DNA of 32,000 bases, from contig NZ_LN831024.1 in NCBI RefSeq assembly GCF_001457615.1, positions 1,290,001 to 1,322,000 of the forward strand. Reading direction: 5' to 3'. The notes below the pieces were generated by a model that did no database searches, was not told the DNA's origin, and worked only from the letters and a program-made list of their open reading frames with translations. A program made the position numbers and the translations under genes. Shown here in pieces: positions 19,985 through 28,887 of this stretch. This stretch comes from Pseudomonas aeruginosa (GTDB lineage Bacteria; Pseudomonadota; Gammaproteobacteria; Pseudomonadales; Pseudomonadaceae). The stretch's first letter is position 1, and the number at the start of each line of letters is the position of its first letter.

Positions 19985-20680
19985 ATGACGGTATGGAGCA
20001 AGCTGCTGAGCGCCCTGCGCGGCGGAGCCAACGAGGTTGGCGAGGCGATCGTCGACAGCCAGGCGCTGCGCATCCTCGACCAGGAGATCCGCGACGCCGA
20101 CGTCGAACTGCGCAAGTCGCGGGAAGCGCTGGCCTCGATCATGGCCCGCCACCGCCTGGCCCAGGAGCGCGTCGAGAAGGGCGCGGCCCAGGTCGCCGAG
20201 TACGAGCAATACGCGATCAAGGCACTGGAGGCCGGCAACGAGGAGCTGGCCCGGGAGGTCGCGGAGAAGATCGCGACCCTGGAGAACCAGCTCGAGGGCG
20301 AGCGTGCCCAGGTCGCGGAATTCGCCGCCAGCGTAGCCCAGTTGCGCAAGTCGGTGAGCCAGGCCGAGGGCAACATCCGCCAGCTCAAGCAACAGGTGGA
20401 TACGGTCAAGGCCACCGAGAGCGTGCAGAAGGCGCAGATGGCCGTTGCCCAGCGCTACGGCAACTCGAAGAGCAAGCTGCAGACCGCGGTGGACTCCCTG
20501 GAGCGGATCAAGCAGCGCCAGGCCGAACGCGCGGCGACCATGGATGCCGCGGCCGAACTGGCCAGCGCGGCGGCGCCGGACGATGCGCTGGACGCCAAGC
20601 TGCGCGCGGCTGGGATCAAGGCCTCGGGCAACAGCGTGGATGGCGTGCTGGCGCGCCTGAAGGAAAAGGGCAAGGCCTGA
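19985..20680 (+). CDS. PspA/IM30-family (ESCRT-III-like) protein, YjfJ-like
   Basis: 231 aa from ATG 19985: MTVWSKLLSALRGGANEVGEAIVDSQALRILDQEIRDADVELRKSREALASIMARHRLAQERVEKG...; long charged helical regions and a PspA_IM30 N-terminal pattern. Confidence 0.9.
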   Translation: MTVWSKLLSALRGGANEVGEAIVDSQALRILDQEIRDADVELRKSREALASIMARHRLAQERVEKGAAQVAEYEQYAIKALEAGNEELAREVAEKIATLENQLEGERAQVAEFAASVAQLRKSVSQAEGNIRQLKQQVDTVKATESVQKAQMAVAQRYGNSKSKLQTAVDSLERIKQRQAERAATMDAAAELASAAAPDDALDAKLRAAGIKASGNSVDGVLARLKEKGKA

Positions 20681-20735
20681 TAGGCCCGCGGCCCGGCGAA
20701 GGCGTCCGGGCCCGTTTTTCAGGGATAGAGCGACA

Positions 20736-21377
20736 ATGGAAGGTTTCCTGCAGACGGCGCTGTCGTTCCCGACCGTGCTGTTCAGCTTTCTTCTGATCTT
20801 AGCGATCATCTACTGGGGCATCGTCGCCCTGGGCATGGTCGAGATCGATGTGCTCGATCTCGACGCCGAGTCGGTCGTCGATGGCGCCGGCCAGGCCGAA
20901 GGCCTCGCCGCGCTGCTGGCGAAGCTGAAACTCAACGGCGTACCGGTCACCCTGGTGCTGACCCTGCTGTCCTTCTTCGCCTGGTTCCTCTGCTACTTCG
21001 TCCAGCTGTGGCTGCTCAGCGCATTGCCGCTCGGCTGGCTGCGCTACCCGTTGGGCGCCGTGGTGGCGGTGGGCGCGCTGTTCCTGGCGGCGCCGCTGGC
21101 GGCCACGCTGTGCCGGCCGTTGCGGCCGCTGTTCCGCAAGCTGGAAAGCACCAGCAGCAAGTCGGTGCTGGGCCAGGTCGCGGTGGTGCGCAGCGGGCGG
21201 GTCACCCTGCAACATGGCGAGGCGTTGCTGGAAGACGGCGGCGCCGGGCTGATCCTGAAAGTTCGTGCGGAAGAAAACAAAGGCTTCAAGCGCGGCGATC
21301 GCGTCGTGCTGCTGGAGTACCTGGAGGCGGAGCACGCCTATCGGGTCGTTACCGAGGAAGAGTTCCGCGGTATCTGA
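20736..21377 (+). CDS. YqiJ/NfeD-like membrane protein with C-terminal OB-fold-like domain
   Basis: 213 aa: hydrophobic N-terminus 'TVLFSFLLILAIIYWGIVALG', further TM segments, C-terminal 'SKSVLGQVAVVRSGRVTLQHGEALLEDGGAGLILKVRAEENKGFKRGDRVVLLEYLEAEHAYRVVTEEEF'; directly upstream of a flotillin. Confidence 0.85.
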   Translation: MEGFLQTALSFPTVLFSFLLILAIIYWGIVALGMVEIDVLDLDAESVVDGAGQAEGLAALLAKLKLNGVPVTLVLTLLSFFAWFLCYFVQLWLLSALPLGWLRYPLGAVVAVGALFLAAPLAATLCRPLRPLFRKLESTSSKSVLGQVAVVRSGRVTLQHGEALLEDGGAGLILKVRAEENKGFKRGDRVVLLEYLEAEHAYRVVTEEEFRGI

Positions 21378-21412
21378 CCCGGGCTCGGTGAGAATCAAGG
21401 AGAACTGCTGCT

Positions 21413-23479
21413 ATGGATATGACGTCGCTGATGCCCCTCCTGCTGGGAGTGGGCCTGGTTGTTCTGCTGGTCGTGGGCCTGCTGGCCCTGTTCAAGGCCT
21501 TCTACATCAAGGTCCCGCAAGGCACCGCGCTGATCGTCAACGACATGTCGTCGACGCCCAAGGTGCATTTCACCGGTGCGCTGGTCTATCCGGTGATCCA
21601 CCTGAAGGAGTTCATGCGCATCTCGCTGATCACCCTGGAGGTCGACCGGCGCGGCAAGGACGGCCTGATCTGCCGCGACAACATGCGCGCGGACATCACC
21701 GTTGCCTTCTACCTGCGGGTCAACGAGACCCAGGACGACGTGCTCAAGGTGGCCAAGGCCATCGGCGTCGACCGTGCTTCCGACCGTTCGGCGGTGAACG
21801 AGCTGTTCAATGCCAAGTTCTCCGAGGCGCTGAAGACCGTCGGCAAGCAGTTCGACTTCGTCCAGCTGTTCGAGAATCGCCAGGACTTCCGTGACCGCAT
21901 CATCGAGGTGATCGGCAACGACCTGAACGGCTACGTCCTGGAAGACGTCGCCATCGACTACCTGGAGCAGACCGCGAAGAACTCGCTGGACCCGAGCAAC
22001 ATCCTTGATGCCGAGGGCATCCGCAAGATCACCGAGCTGACCGCCACCCAGAACGTCATCACCAACGAACTGGAGCGCAACGAAGAGCTGGCGATCAAGA
22101 AGAAGAACGTCGAGACCCGCGAGGCGGCCCTGGCCCTGGAGCGCCAGCAGGCTGACGCCGAGGCCCGGCAGAAGCGCGAGATCGAGACCATCCGTGCCCG
22201 CGAGGAAGCGGAAACCGCGCGGGTCAAGGAAGAGGAGCGGCTGAAGGCCGAGCAGGCGCGGATCCAGGCGCAGCAGGAAATCGACGTGCGCACCGAGAAC
22301 CACCAGCGCGAGGTCGAGGTGGCGCAGCAGAACCGCCAGCGCGCGGTGGTCATCGAGGTGGAGAAGGTCACCCGCGCCAAGGACCTGGAGATCGTCGCCC
22401 GCGAGCGTGAGGTGGAGCTGCAGAAGATCGAGAAGGAAAAGGCGCTGGAAGAGCAGCGCAAGAACATTGCCAATGTGATTCGCGAGCGCGTCGCGGTGGA
22501 AAAGACCGTGGCCCAGGAGGAGGAGCGGATCAAGGAGGTGCGCGAGGTTTCCGAGGCCGAGCGGGTCAAGCAGGTGATACTGCTGCAGGCCCAGGCGGAA
22601 GCCGAGCAGGAGCTGGTACGCCAGGTCAAGCAGGCGGAAGCCGACGAGGCCCGCTCCAAGCACAAGGCGGTGGAAATCAACACCATGGCGCAGGCCGAGC
22701 TGGAGGCGGCGTCGAAGCAGGCCGAGGCGAAGAAGCGTCTGGCCGAGGGCATCGAGGCCGAGCGCGCAGCGCCGGGCCTGGCCGATGCGCGGGTGCTGGA
22801 AGTCACCGCCGCGGCGAAGGAAAAGGATGGCTTGGCAGCGGCGCGGGTACGTGCCGAACAACTGATCGCCGAAGCCAGGGGCGACGAAGAGCGCGGCCTG
22901 GCCGACGCCCGGGTGCTCGAGGCGCAGGCCGCGGCCAAGGAGAAGGACGGCCTGGCCGAAGCCAAGGTGCTGGCCGAGAAGCTCGGCGCCCAGGCGCGCG
23001 GCGAAGAGCAGCTCGGCGCGGCCAAGGCCAAGGCCACCAAGGACCAGGGCAGCGCGGAAGCGGAAGTACTGCTGCAGCGCCTGAATGCCGAGGCCGAGGG
23101 GCTTGGCAAGAAGTTCGGCGCCCTGGATGCCCTCAGCGACAGCGCTCGCCAGCACGAAGAGTTCCGCATGCAGCTGGAGAAGAGCTTCGAGGAGGCCATG
23201 GCGGCCATCGCCGCGAACAAGGACATCGCCAAGGACCAGGCCGAGGTGCTCGCCACCGCGCTGGGCAAGGCGAACATCGAGATCGTCGGCGGCGAGGGCG
23301 ACTTCTTCAACTCCTTCGCCAAGTCGCTGTCGGTGGGCAAGGCCATCGAAGGTGTGGTCGGCAAGAGCCCGGTGGTGCAGGACGTTCTCGCCCGCCTGCT
23401 CAACGGCCGTGGCGCAGCCGCTGCGGTGATGCCGGAACGCAAGAGCGGCCACGAGAACGAGCCGGCGGCGGAAGTCTGA
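21413..23479 (+). CDS. Flotillin/SPFH-domain protein (YqiK-like)
   Basis: 688 aa: N-terminal TM 'LLLGVGLVVLLVVGLLALFKAFYIKVPQGTALIV', SPFH region 'LEVDRRGKDGLICRDNMRADITVAFYLRVN', long Ala/Glu/Lys-rich coiled coil. Confidence 0.93.
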   Translation: MDMTSLMPLLLGVGLVVLLVVGLLALFKAFYIKVPQGTALIVNDMSSTPKVHFTGALVYPVIHLKEFMRISLITLEVDRRGKDGLICRDNMRADITVAFYLRVNETQDDVLKVAKAIGVDRASDRSAVNELFNAKFSEALKTVGKQFDFVQLFENRQDFRDRIIEVIGNDLNGYVLEDVAIDYLEQTAKNSLDPSNILDAEGIRKITELTATQNVITNELERNEELAIKKKNVETREAALALERQQADAEARQKREIETIRAREEAETARVKEEERLKAEQARIQAQQEIDVRTENHQREVEVAQQNRQRAVVIEVEKVTRAKDLEIVAREREVELQKIEKEKALEEQRKNIANVIRERVAVEKTVAQEEERIKEVREVSEAERVKQVILLQAQAEAEQELVRQVKQAEADEARSKHKAVEINTMAQAELEAASKQAEAKKRLAEGIEAERAAPGLADARVLEVTAAAKEKDGLAAARVRAEQLIAEARGDEERGLADARVLEAQAAAKEKDGLAEAKVLAEKLGAQARGEEQLGAAKAKATKDQGSAEAEVLLQRLNAEAEGLGKKFGALDALSDSARQHEEFRMQLEKSFEEAMAAIAANKDIAKDQAEVLATALGKANIEIVGGEGDFFNSFAKSLSVGKAIEGVVGKSPVVQDVLARLLNGRGAAAAVMPERKSGHENEPAAEV

Positions 23480-23628
23480 GTCGACCCGCAGCCTCCTCCG
23501 CCAACTGCGGAGGCGTTCCGCCCGCGCCCTGAGCGGCGCAGCCCCTGGCGTGGCCTGTTGGCTGCGCCCGGGGCAGGCCGCTCGGGCCGGTTTCCATCGA
23601 TGACCGCCGTAGACCCAGGAAGACCAGG

Positions 23629-26600
23629 ATGTCGGACACTCAAGCCGCAACTCCCGCGCAGGACGTATTGGACAAGGCCGTTGCCGAGGGCGGCGCCTAC
23701 GAGGTGCTGCACAAGCGCCTGCTGGAGCAGGGCCAGCGCCTGCGGCAGACCGCCGAAAGGCTCAACGCCAGTCGCCTGGAGGAGTTCGGCGACAGCCAGA
23801 TGGATGTGATCGGCCGGGTCCGCATCCGTACCGAGAACAACTGCATCGCCCGCGATATCGTCCAGGTCGGCGATTGCCTGCTGTTCGGCTACAACGTGTT
23901 CATCGGCCTGCGCAAGGAAACCGGCGTGGCCGACGTGTTCTCCCTCTACCGCCTGGTGGAGGGCAGCGAAGGCTACGAGGCGGAGCCTGTGCCACTGGGG
24001 GACAGCTTTCTCGCCGCGCCGGGCTTCGTCAACGACTTCAACGAGCTTTACACCTACTACAAGAACACCCGCCTGCTGCAACTGGCGATCCGCGACGGCA
24101 AGCTGCTGGCCAGCTTCCAGATCGGCGAGCGGATCACCGACATCCGCGTGTTCCGCTGGTCGATCTCCAGCGACGGTAGCGAAGTCCGCTACATCGACAA
24201 CCGCGGCGAGCGCGACATCGCCTTGCCGGCACCGTTCGACTTCGAATGGCAGCGGGCTACCCGCGAGATGGTGGTGGAGGGCCGCTTCCCGCACCTGAAC
24301 ATCCTCGACACCCTGTTCGTCGAGACCATTGGCGGCGACCTGACCATCAAGGTCGAGAACAACACCGAGGTCGGCCTGGGCATCTATCGCGAAGAGGTGA
24401 TGGACAAGACCCAGTCGCTGGACGACGCGCAGGTTGAGTTCGCCCGCCTCGGCAGCCTGCTGCTGCTCAAGGTCCTGCCCTATCGCGAGGAGCAGTGGCG
24501 CTACCTGGTGTTCAACAGCCTGACCGGCAAGGTCGAGCGCATCGACGCCATCGGCCTGGCCTGCATCCAGTTGCCGGAGGACCACGGGATCATCTTCCCC
24601 GGCGGCTACTACCTGCAGAACGGCGAGTACCGCACCTTCGAGCAATCCATGGAAGGCATGCGCTTCAAGCGCTCGGTACGCTCGCCCAACGGCGAGGACG
24701 TGCAGTACGTTTTCTACCATCCCGAGCAGGGGCGGAACGTGCTGCTCACCTACAACCTGATCAACCGCCAGTTGCAGAATCCGCTGTTCGGCCACGGCTA
24801 CGCGCGCCTGGAGGACGGGCGCATGGTGATCTTCGCCGCCGAAGGCGAGGAACCGACCCGCATCCATCCGATGCAGGTCTGGCAGACGCCGTTCTGCACC
24901 GAGGAGTACGCGGCCCGCCAACCGGCGCGTAGCGGTTTTCTCGGGCGGATCGGCAATGCCGAGCTGGTGCGCGGCGTCTCCGACCTCTACGACTTGTGCC
25001 GGGAGATCGAGACCCCGGCGGTTTCGATCCAGCGCTACTCGCTGCTGTGCCAGAACACCCAGCGCCTGTTCGACGTCTACCACTGGCTCGGCAGCGACCA
25101 ACTGGACGGCTTGGCGCCGCTGTTGCGCGAAGTGGCGGCGACCGCCGAGCTGGTGCTCGACGAGTACGAGAAGGTCGAAAGTATCCGCCGCCAGTCGGCC
25201 CAGGCGATGGTCGACGCGGAGGAGCGGCACAAGGCGCTCCTCTCCGGCTTGCTGCCCGACGGCTGGGACCGGGTGCAGCAGTTCGTCGACGGGCTCAACG
25301 GCATCACCGCCCAGCGTGGGTTGCTGCTGACCATCCGCGAGTACCGCTACATCGACGTGGCGCGACTCGACGCCATGGAGGCCGAACTGCTCGCGGCCCA
25401 CGAGCGGGTGGCCGCCGCCACCGCGACCTTCCTCGCCAGCGAACAGGCCCTGCAGCCCTTGCTGGAGCGCCTGCAGAGCCTCGATGGCGAGGCGCAGAAA
25501 GCCGAGACCGTGGCCCAGCTCGGCGAGCCGCTGGCGGCCCTGGAGGCGATGGCCGGCGACCTCGACATGCTGTCCTCGCTGATGGCTTCGCTGCGCATCG
25601 ACGACGCGACCCAGCGGACCCGCATCATCGAGTCGATCTCGGAGATCTACGCCCGCCTGAACCAGGCCAAGGCGCGCGCCGAGCAGCGGCGCAAGGGACT
25701 CGGTTCGAGCGAGACCGTGGCCCAGTTCGGCGCCCAGTTCAAACTGTTCGGCCAGGGCATCACCAACGCCCTGGCCCAGGCCCAGGACCCCGAGCGCTGC
25801 GACGAGCAACTGTCGCGCCTGCTGGTGCAACTGGAGGAACTGGAAAGCCAGTTCGGCGACCATGAGCAGTTCCTCGGCGACATCCTGGCCAAGCGCGAGG
25901 AGCTGCTGGAAACCTTCGAAGCGCACAAGCAGACCCTGCTCGACGAGCGCCAGCGCAAGGCCCAGGGACTGCTCGACGCCGCCCGGCGAATTCTCGACAG
26001 CCTGCAACGACGCACCGCGCGCTTCACCCAGGCGGAGGAACTGAACGCGTTCTTCGCCGCCGACCCGCTGATCCTCAAGTTGCGCGAACTGGCCGAACGT
26101 CTTCGCGAATTGAAGGACAGCGTCAAGGCCGACGACGTCGAGGCGCGCCTGAAGGCCGCGCGCGACCAGGCGGTCCGCGCATTGCGCGACAAGAGCGAGC
26201 TGTTCGAGGAGGGCGGCGACGTCATCCGCCTGGGCCCGCGCCACCGCTTCAGCGTCAACACCCAGGAACTCGACCTGACCCTGATGCCGCGCGGCGACGC
26301 GCTGTACCTGCACCTGACCGGCACCGATTTCCTCGAACCGCTGCAGGACCCGCGGCTCGATGAGTTGCGCGAGTTCTGGCAGGTGAACCTGGAATCCGAA
26401 TCGGAGACGCTGTACCGCGCCGAATATCTCGCCGGCGAAGTGCTCGCCGCCGCCGACGCGGGCCGCGATGGCTTCAGCCTGGAGCGCTTGCAGGCGCTGC
26501 TGGCGCAGCCGGACGAGCTGGCGCGGGCGATCCGCGATTTCGCCGCACCGCGCTACAAGGAGGGCTACGAGAAAGGCATTCACGACCACGATGCGGCGGC

Positions 26601-28869
26601 GATCCTGGTTCGCCTGCTGCCGTTGCGCGAGAGCGCCGGACTGCTACGCTACGCACCCTCGGCGCGGGCCTTCGCCAGCCTGTTCTGGAGCCGCCGGCGC
26701 GAGGAGCGGGAAGTCGCCGGCTGGCCCGAGCGGGCACGCAGCAGCCGCAGCATCCAGCAGATGTTCGGTCGTGACGACGGCCTGCTCGCCCTTCGCGGCG
26801 AAGTGGCCGCGGCGATGCGTGCGCTGCTCGCCGGACAGCCCATCGCGCTGGACCCGCAGCATATCGACGAGGCGGCCGAGTACCTGGTCTGGGAATTGTC
26901 CGCCGAGCGTCCCGAATTCACCTTCAGCAAATATGCCCGGCAATTGCAGGAAGGACTCAAGCTGCGCCTGCAAGGCGCGCGTCTATGGGACGACTACCGG
27001 CAGACCCTGGAGCGTCTCGGCGAGCGGCCCGCCGCCCAGTGGGAACTGGCCGGCAACTGGCTGCGCGGACTATGTGGCGACGCCGAGTTCCAGCCGCTGG
27101 CGGCCTACCTGGACGAGGCGGTGGCGCTCTCGTTGCTGGACGAGGAGATGCCACGACGGATCACCGAGGTCGACCTGCGCTTCCAGGTCGACGGCCTGAT
27201 GGGCGAGCATCCGCGCATCGTCGAACGCGGCCTGGCGCTGGCGGTGGACGACTTCTTCGGCCGCCTGCGTCGCCATCGCCAGCAGTTCCTGCCGGGGCTG
27301 CGGCGCTACCAGGCGCTGCGCCAGGAGATCGTCGAACGCGAGCGCGAGGCATTGCGCCTGGCCGAGTTCAAGCCGCGACCGCTGTCCTCGTTCGTTCGCA
27401 ACAAGCTGATCAATGACGTCTACCTGGGTGTCATCGGCGACAACCTGGCCAAGCAGATGGGGACGGTGGGCGAGAACAAGCGCACCGACCTGATGGGCCT
27501 GCTGATGCTGATCTCCCCGCCAGGCTACGGCAAGACCACCCTGATGGAGTACGTGGCGCATCGCCTGGGGCTGATCTTCATGAAGATCAACGGTCCTGCC
27601 CTCGGCCACGAGGTGCGCTCGCTCGACCCCGGGCAGGCGCCGGACGCGACTTCGCGGCAGGAACTGGAGAAGCTCAACCTGGCGCTGGAGATGGGCAACA
27701 ACGTGATGCTCTATGTCGACGACATCCAGCACACCCATCCGGAGTTCCTGCAGAAGTTCATCTCCCTCTGCGACGGCACGCGCCGGGTGGAAGGGGTGTG
27801 GAAGGGCTGGACCAAGACCTACGACATGCGTGGGCGGAAGTTCTGCGTGGTGATGGCGGGCAACCCCTACACCGAGTCCGGCGAGGTCTTCCGCATTCCC
27901 GACATGCTCGCCAACCGCGCCGACATCTACAACCTCGGCGACACCCTCAGCGGCATGCAGGAGGCGTTCTCCCTCAGCTACATCGAGAACGCCCTGACCT
28001 CCAACCCGGTTCTCGCGCCGCTGGCCACCCGCGACATGGCCGACGTCTATCGCTTCGTCGCCAAGGCCGAGGGCAAGCCGTTCTCCAGCAACGAGCTGGC
28101 CCACGGCTACAGCGGTGCCGAGATCAACGAGATCAGCAGCACCCTGCAACGCCTCATGCAGGTGCGCGACGTGGTGCTCAAGGTCAACCAGCAGTACATC
28201 GCCAGCGCCGCCCAGGCCGACCAGTACCGCAGCGAGCCGCCGTTCAAGCTGCAGGGCAGCTACCGCAACATGAACAAGATGGCGGAGAAGATCTCCGCGG
28301 TGATGAACGATGCCGAGCTGCTGCAACTGATCGCCGACCACTACCAGGGCGAGTCGCAACTGCTGACCACCGGAGCCGAGGAGAACCTGCTGAAGCTCGC
28401 CGAACTGCGCGGCAACCAGAGCCCCGAGCAGGCCGAGCGCTGGGCGCAGATCAAGCGTGACTTCCTGCGCAACAAGTCCATGGGCGGCAGCGACGCCGAC
28501 GTCGGCGGACGGCTGGTTGCGCAGCTCAACGACCTTGTGGAAAGCGTCCGTGGCCTGGCTCGCGAACCCCAGCCGGTACAACCGGCGCCCTGGGACGAGT
28601 TGTTGGCTGGATTGCGCCAGCTCGGCCAGGGTGCGCCGGCGCTGAACGTCGAGGTGACGGCGCCTGCGCAGCCGGGCGTGCAGCAGGTGCTGGAGAGCCT
28701 TGCCGCCTGCCTGCAGGACAGTTTCCTGCCGCTGATCAAGGTGATGGACCGCAAGATCGACGTCGACCTGCGCACGCACAACCGCATCAACGAGATATCC
28801 AGCCGCCTCGACGAACTGGGCCGGTTGCTGGGCGGCGAGCAGAGGCCGCTGGAGAACGATCAACCCTGA
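23629..28869 (+). CDS. Giant (1746 aa) AAA-type ATPase with DUF3686-like N-terminus and coiled-coil middle
   Basis: 'MDVIGRVRIRTENNCIARDIVQVGDCLLFGYNVFIGLRKET' N-terminus; Walker A 'PPGYGKTT' encoded at 27517-27540; Walker B 'NVMLYVDDIQH' near 27700-27732; coiled-coil-rich 650-900 aa region. Confidence 0.9.
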   Translation: MSDTQAATPAQDVLDKAVAEGGAYEVLHKRLLEQGQRLRQTAERLNASRLEEFGDSQMDVIGRVRIRTENNCIARDIVQVGDCLLFGYNVFIGLRKETGVADVFSLYRLVEGSEGYEAEPVPLGDSFLAAPGFVNDFNELYTYYKNTRLLQLAIRDGKLLASFQIGERITDIRVFRWSISSDGSEVRYIDNRGERDIALPAPFDFEWQRATREMVVEGRFPHLNILDTLFVETIGGDLTIKVENNTEVGLGIYREEVMDKTQSLDDAQVEFARLGSLLLLKVLPYREEQWRYLVFNSLTGKVERIDAIGLACIQLPEDHGIIFPGGYYLQNGEYRTFEQSMEGMRFKRSVRSPNGEDVQYVFYHPEQGRNVLLTYNLINRQLQNPLFGHGYARLEDGRMVIFAAEGEEPTRIHPMQVWQTPFCTEEYAARQPARSGFLGRIGNAELVRGVSDLYDLCREIETPAVSIQRYSLLCQNTQRLFDVYHWLGSDQLDGLAPLLREVAATAELVLDEYEKVESIRRQSAQAMVDAEERHKALLSGLLPDGWDRVQQFVDGLNGITAQRGLLLTIREYRYIDVARLDAMEAELLAAHERVAAATATFLASEQALQPLLERLQSLDGEAQKAETVAQLGEPLAALEAMAGDLDMLSSLMASLRIDDATQRTRIIESISEIYARLNQAKARAEQRRKGLGSSETVAQFGAQFKLFGQGITNALAQAQDPERCDEQLSRLLVQLEELESQFGDHEQFLGDILAKREELLETFEAHKQTLLDERQRKAQGLLDAARRILDSLQRRTARFTQAEELNAFFAADPLILKLRELAERLRELKDSVKADDVEARLKAARDQAVRALRDKSELFEEGGDVIRLGPRHRFSVNTQELDLTLMPRGDALYLHLTGTDFLEPLQDPRLDELREFWQVNLESESETLYRAEYLAGEVLAAADAGRDGFSLERLQALLAQPDELARAIRDFAAPRYKEGYEKGIHDHDAAAILVRLLPLRESAGLLRYAPSARAFASLFWSRRREEREVAGWPERARSSRSIQQMFGRDDGLLALRGEVAAAMRALLAGQPIALDPQHIDEAAEYLVWELSAERPEFTFSKYARQLQEGLKLRLQGARLWDDYRQTLERLGERPAAQWELAGNWLRGLCGDAEFQPLAAYLDEAVALSLLDEEMPRRITEVDLRFQVDGLMGEHPRIVERGLALAVDDFFGRLRRHRQQFLPGLRRYQALRQEIVEREREALRLAEFKPRPLSSFVRNKLINDVYLGVIGDNLAKQMGTVGENKRTDLMGLLMLISPPGYGKTTLMEYVAHRLGLIFMKINGPALGHEVRSLDPGQAPDATSRQELEKLNLALEMGNNVMLYVDDIQHTHPEFLQKFISLCDGTRRVEGVWKGWTKTYDMRGRKFCVVMAGNPYTESGEVFRIPDMLANRADIYNLGDTLSGMQEAFSLSYIENALTSNPVLAPLATRDMADVYRFVAKAEGKPFSSNELAHGYSGAEINEISSTLQRLMQVRDVVLKVNQQYIASAAQADQYRSEPPFKLQGSYRNMNKMAEKISAVMNDAELLQLIADHYQGESQLLTTGAEENLLKLAELRGNQSPEQAERWAQIKRDFLRNKSMGGSDADVGGRLVAQLNDLVESVRGLAREPQPVQPAPWDELLAGLRQLGQGAPALNVEVTAPAQPGVQQVLESLAACLQDSFLPLIKVMDRKIDVDLRTHNRINEISSRLDELGRLLGGEQRPLENDQP

Positions 28870-28887
28870 GGACACGAGGAGCGGGAA

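Noticed and set aside
21395-26589. Very long minus-strand ORFs (751 aa at 21395-23650 and 1543 aa at 21958-26589)
   Set aside because: They lie antisense to clear flotillin and ATPase genes. Their composition (LLALVEQ/HLVDQ-type low-information sequence) is the typical shadow of GC-biased third positions, and no domain motif is recognisable.
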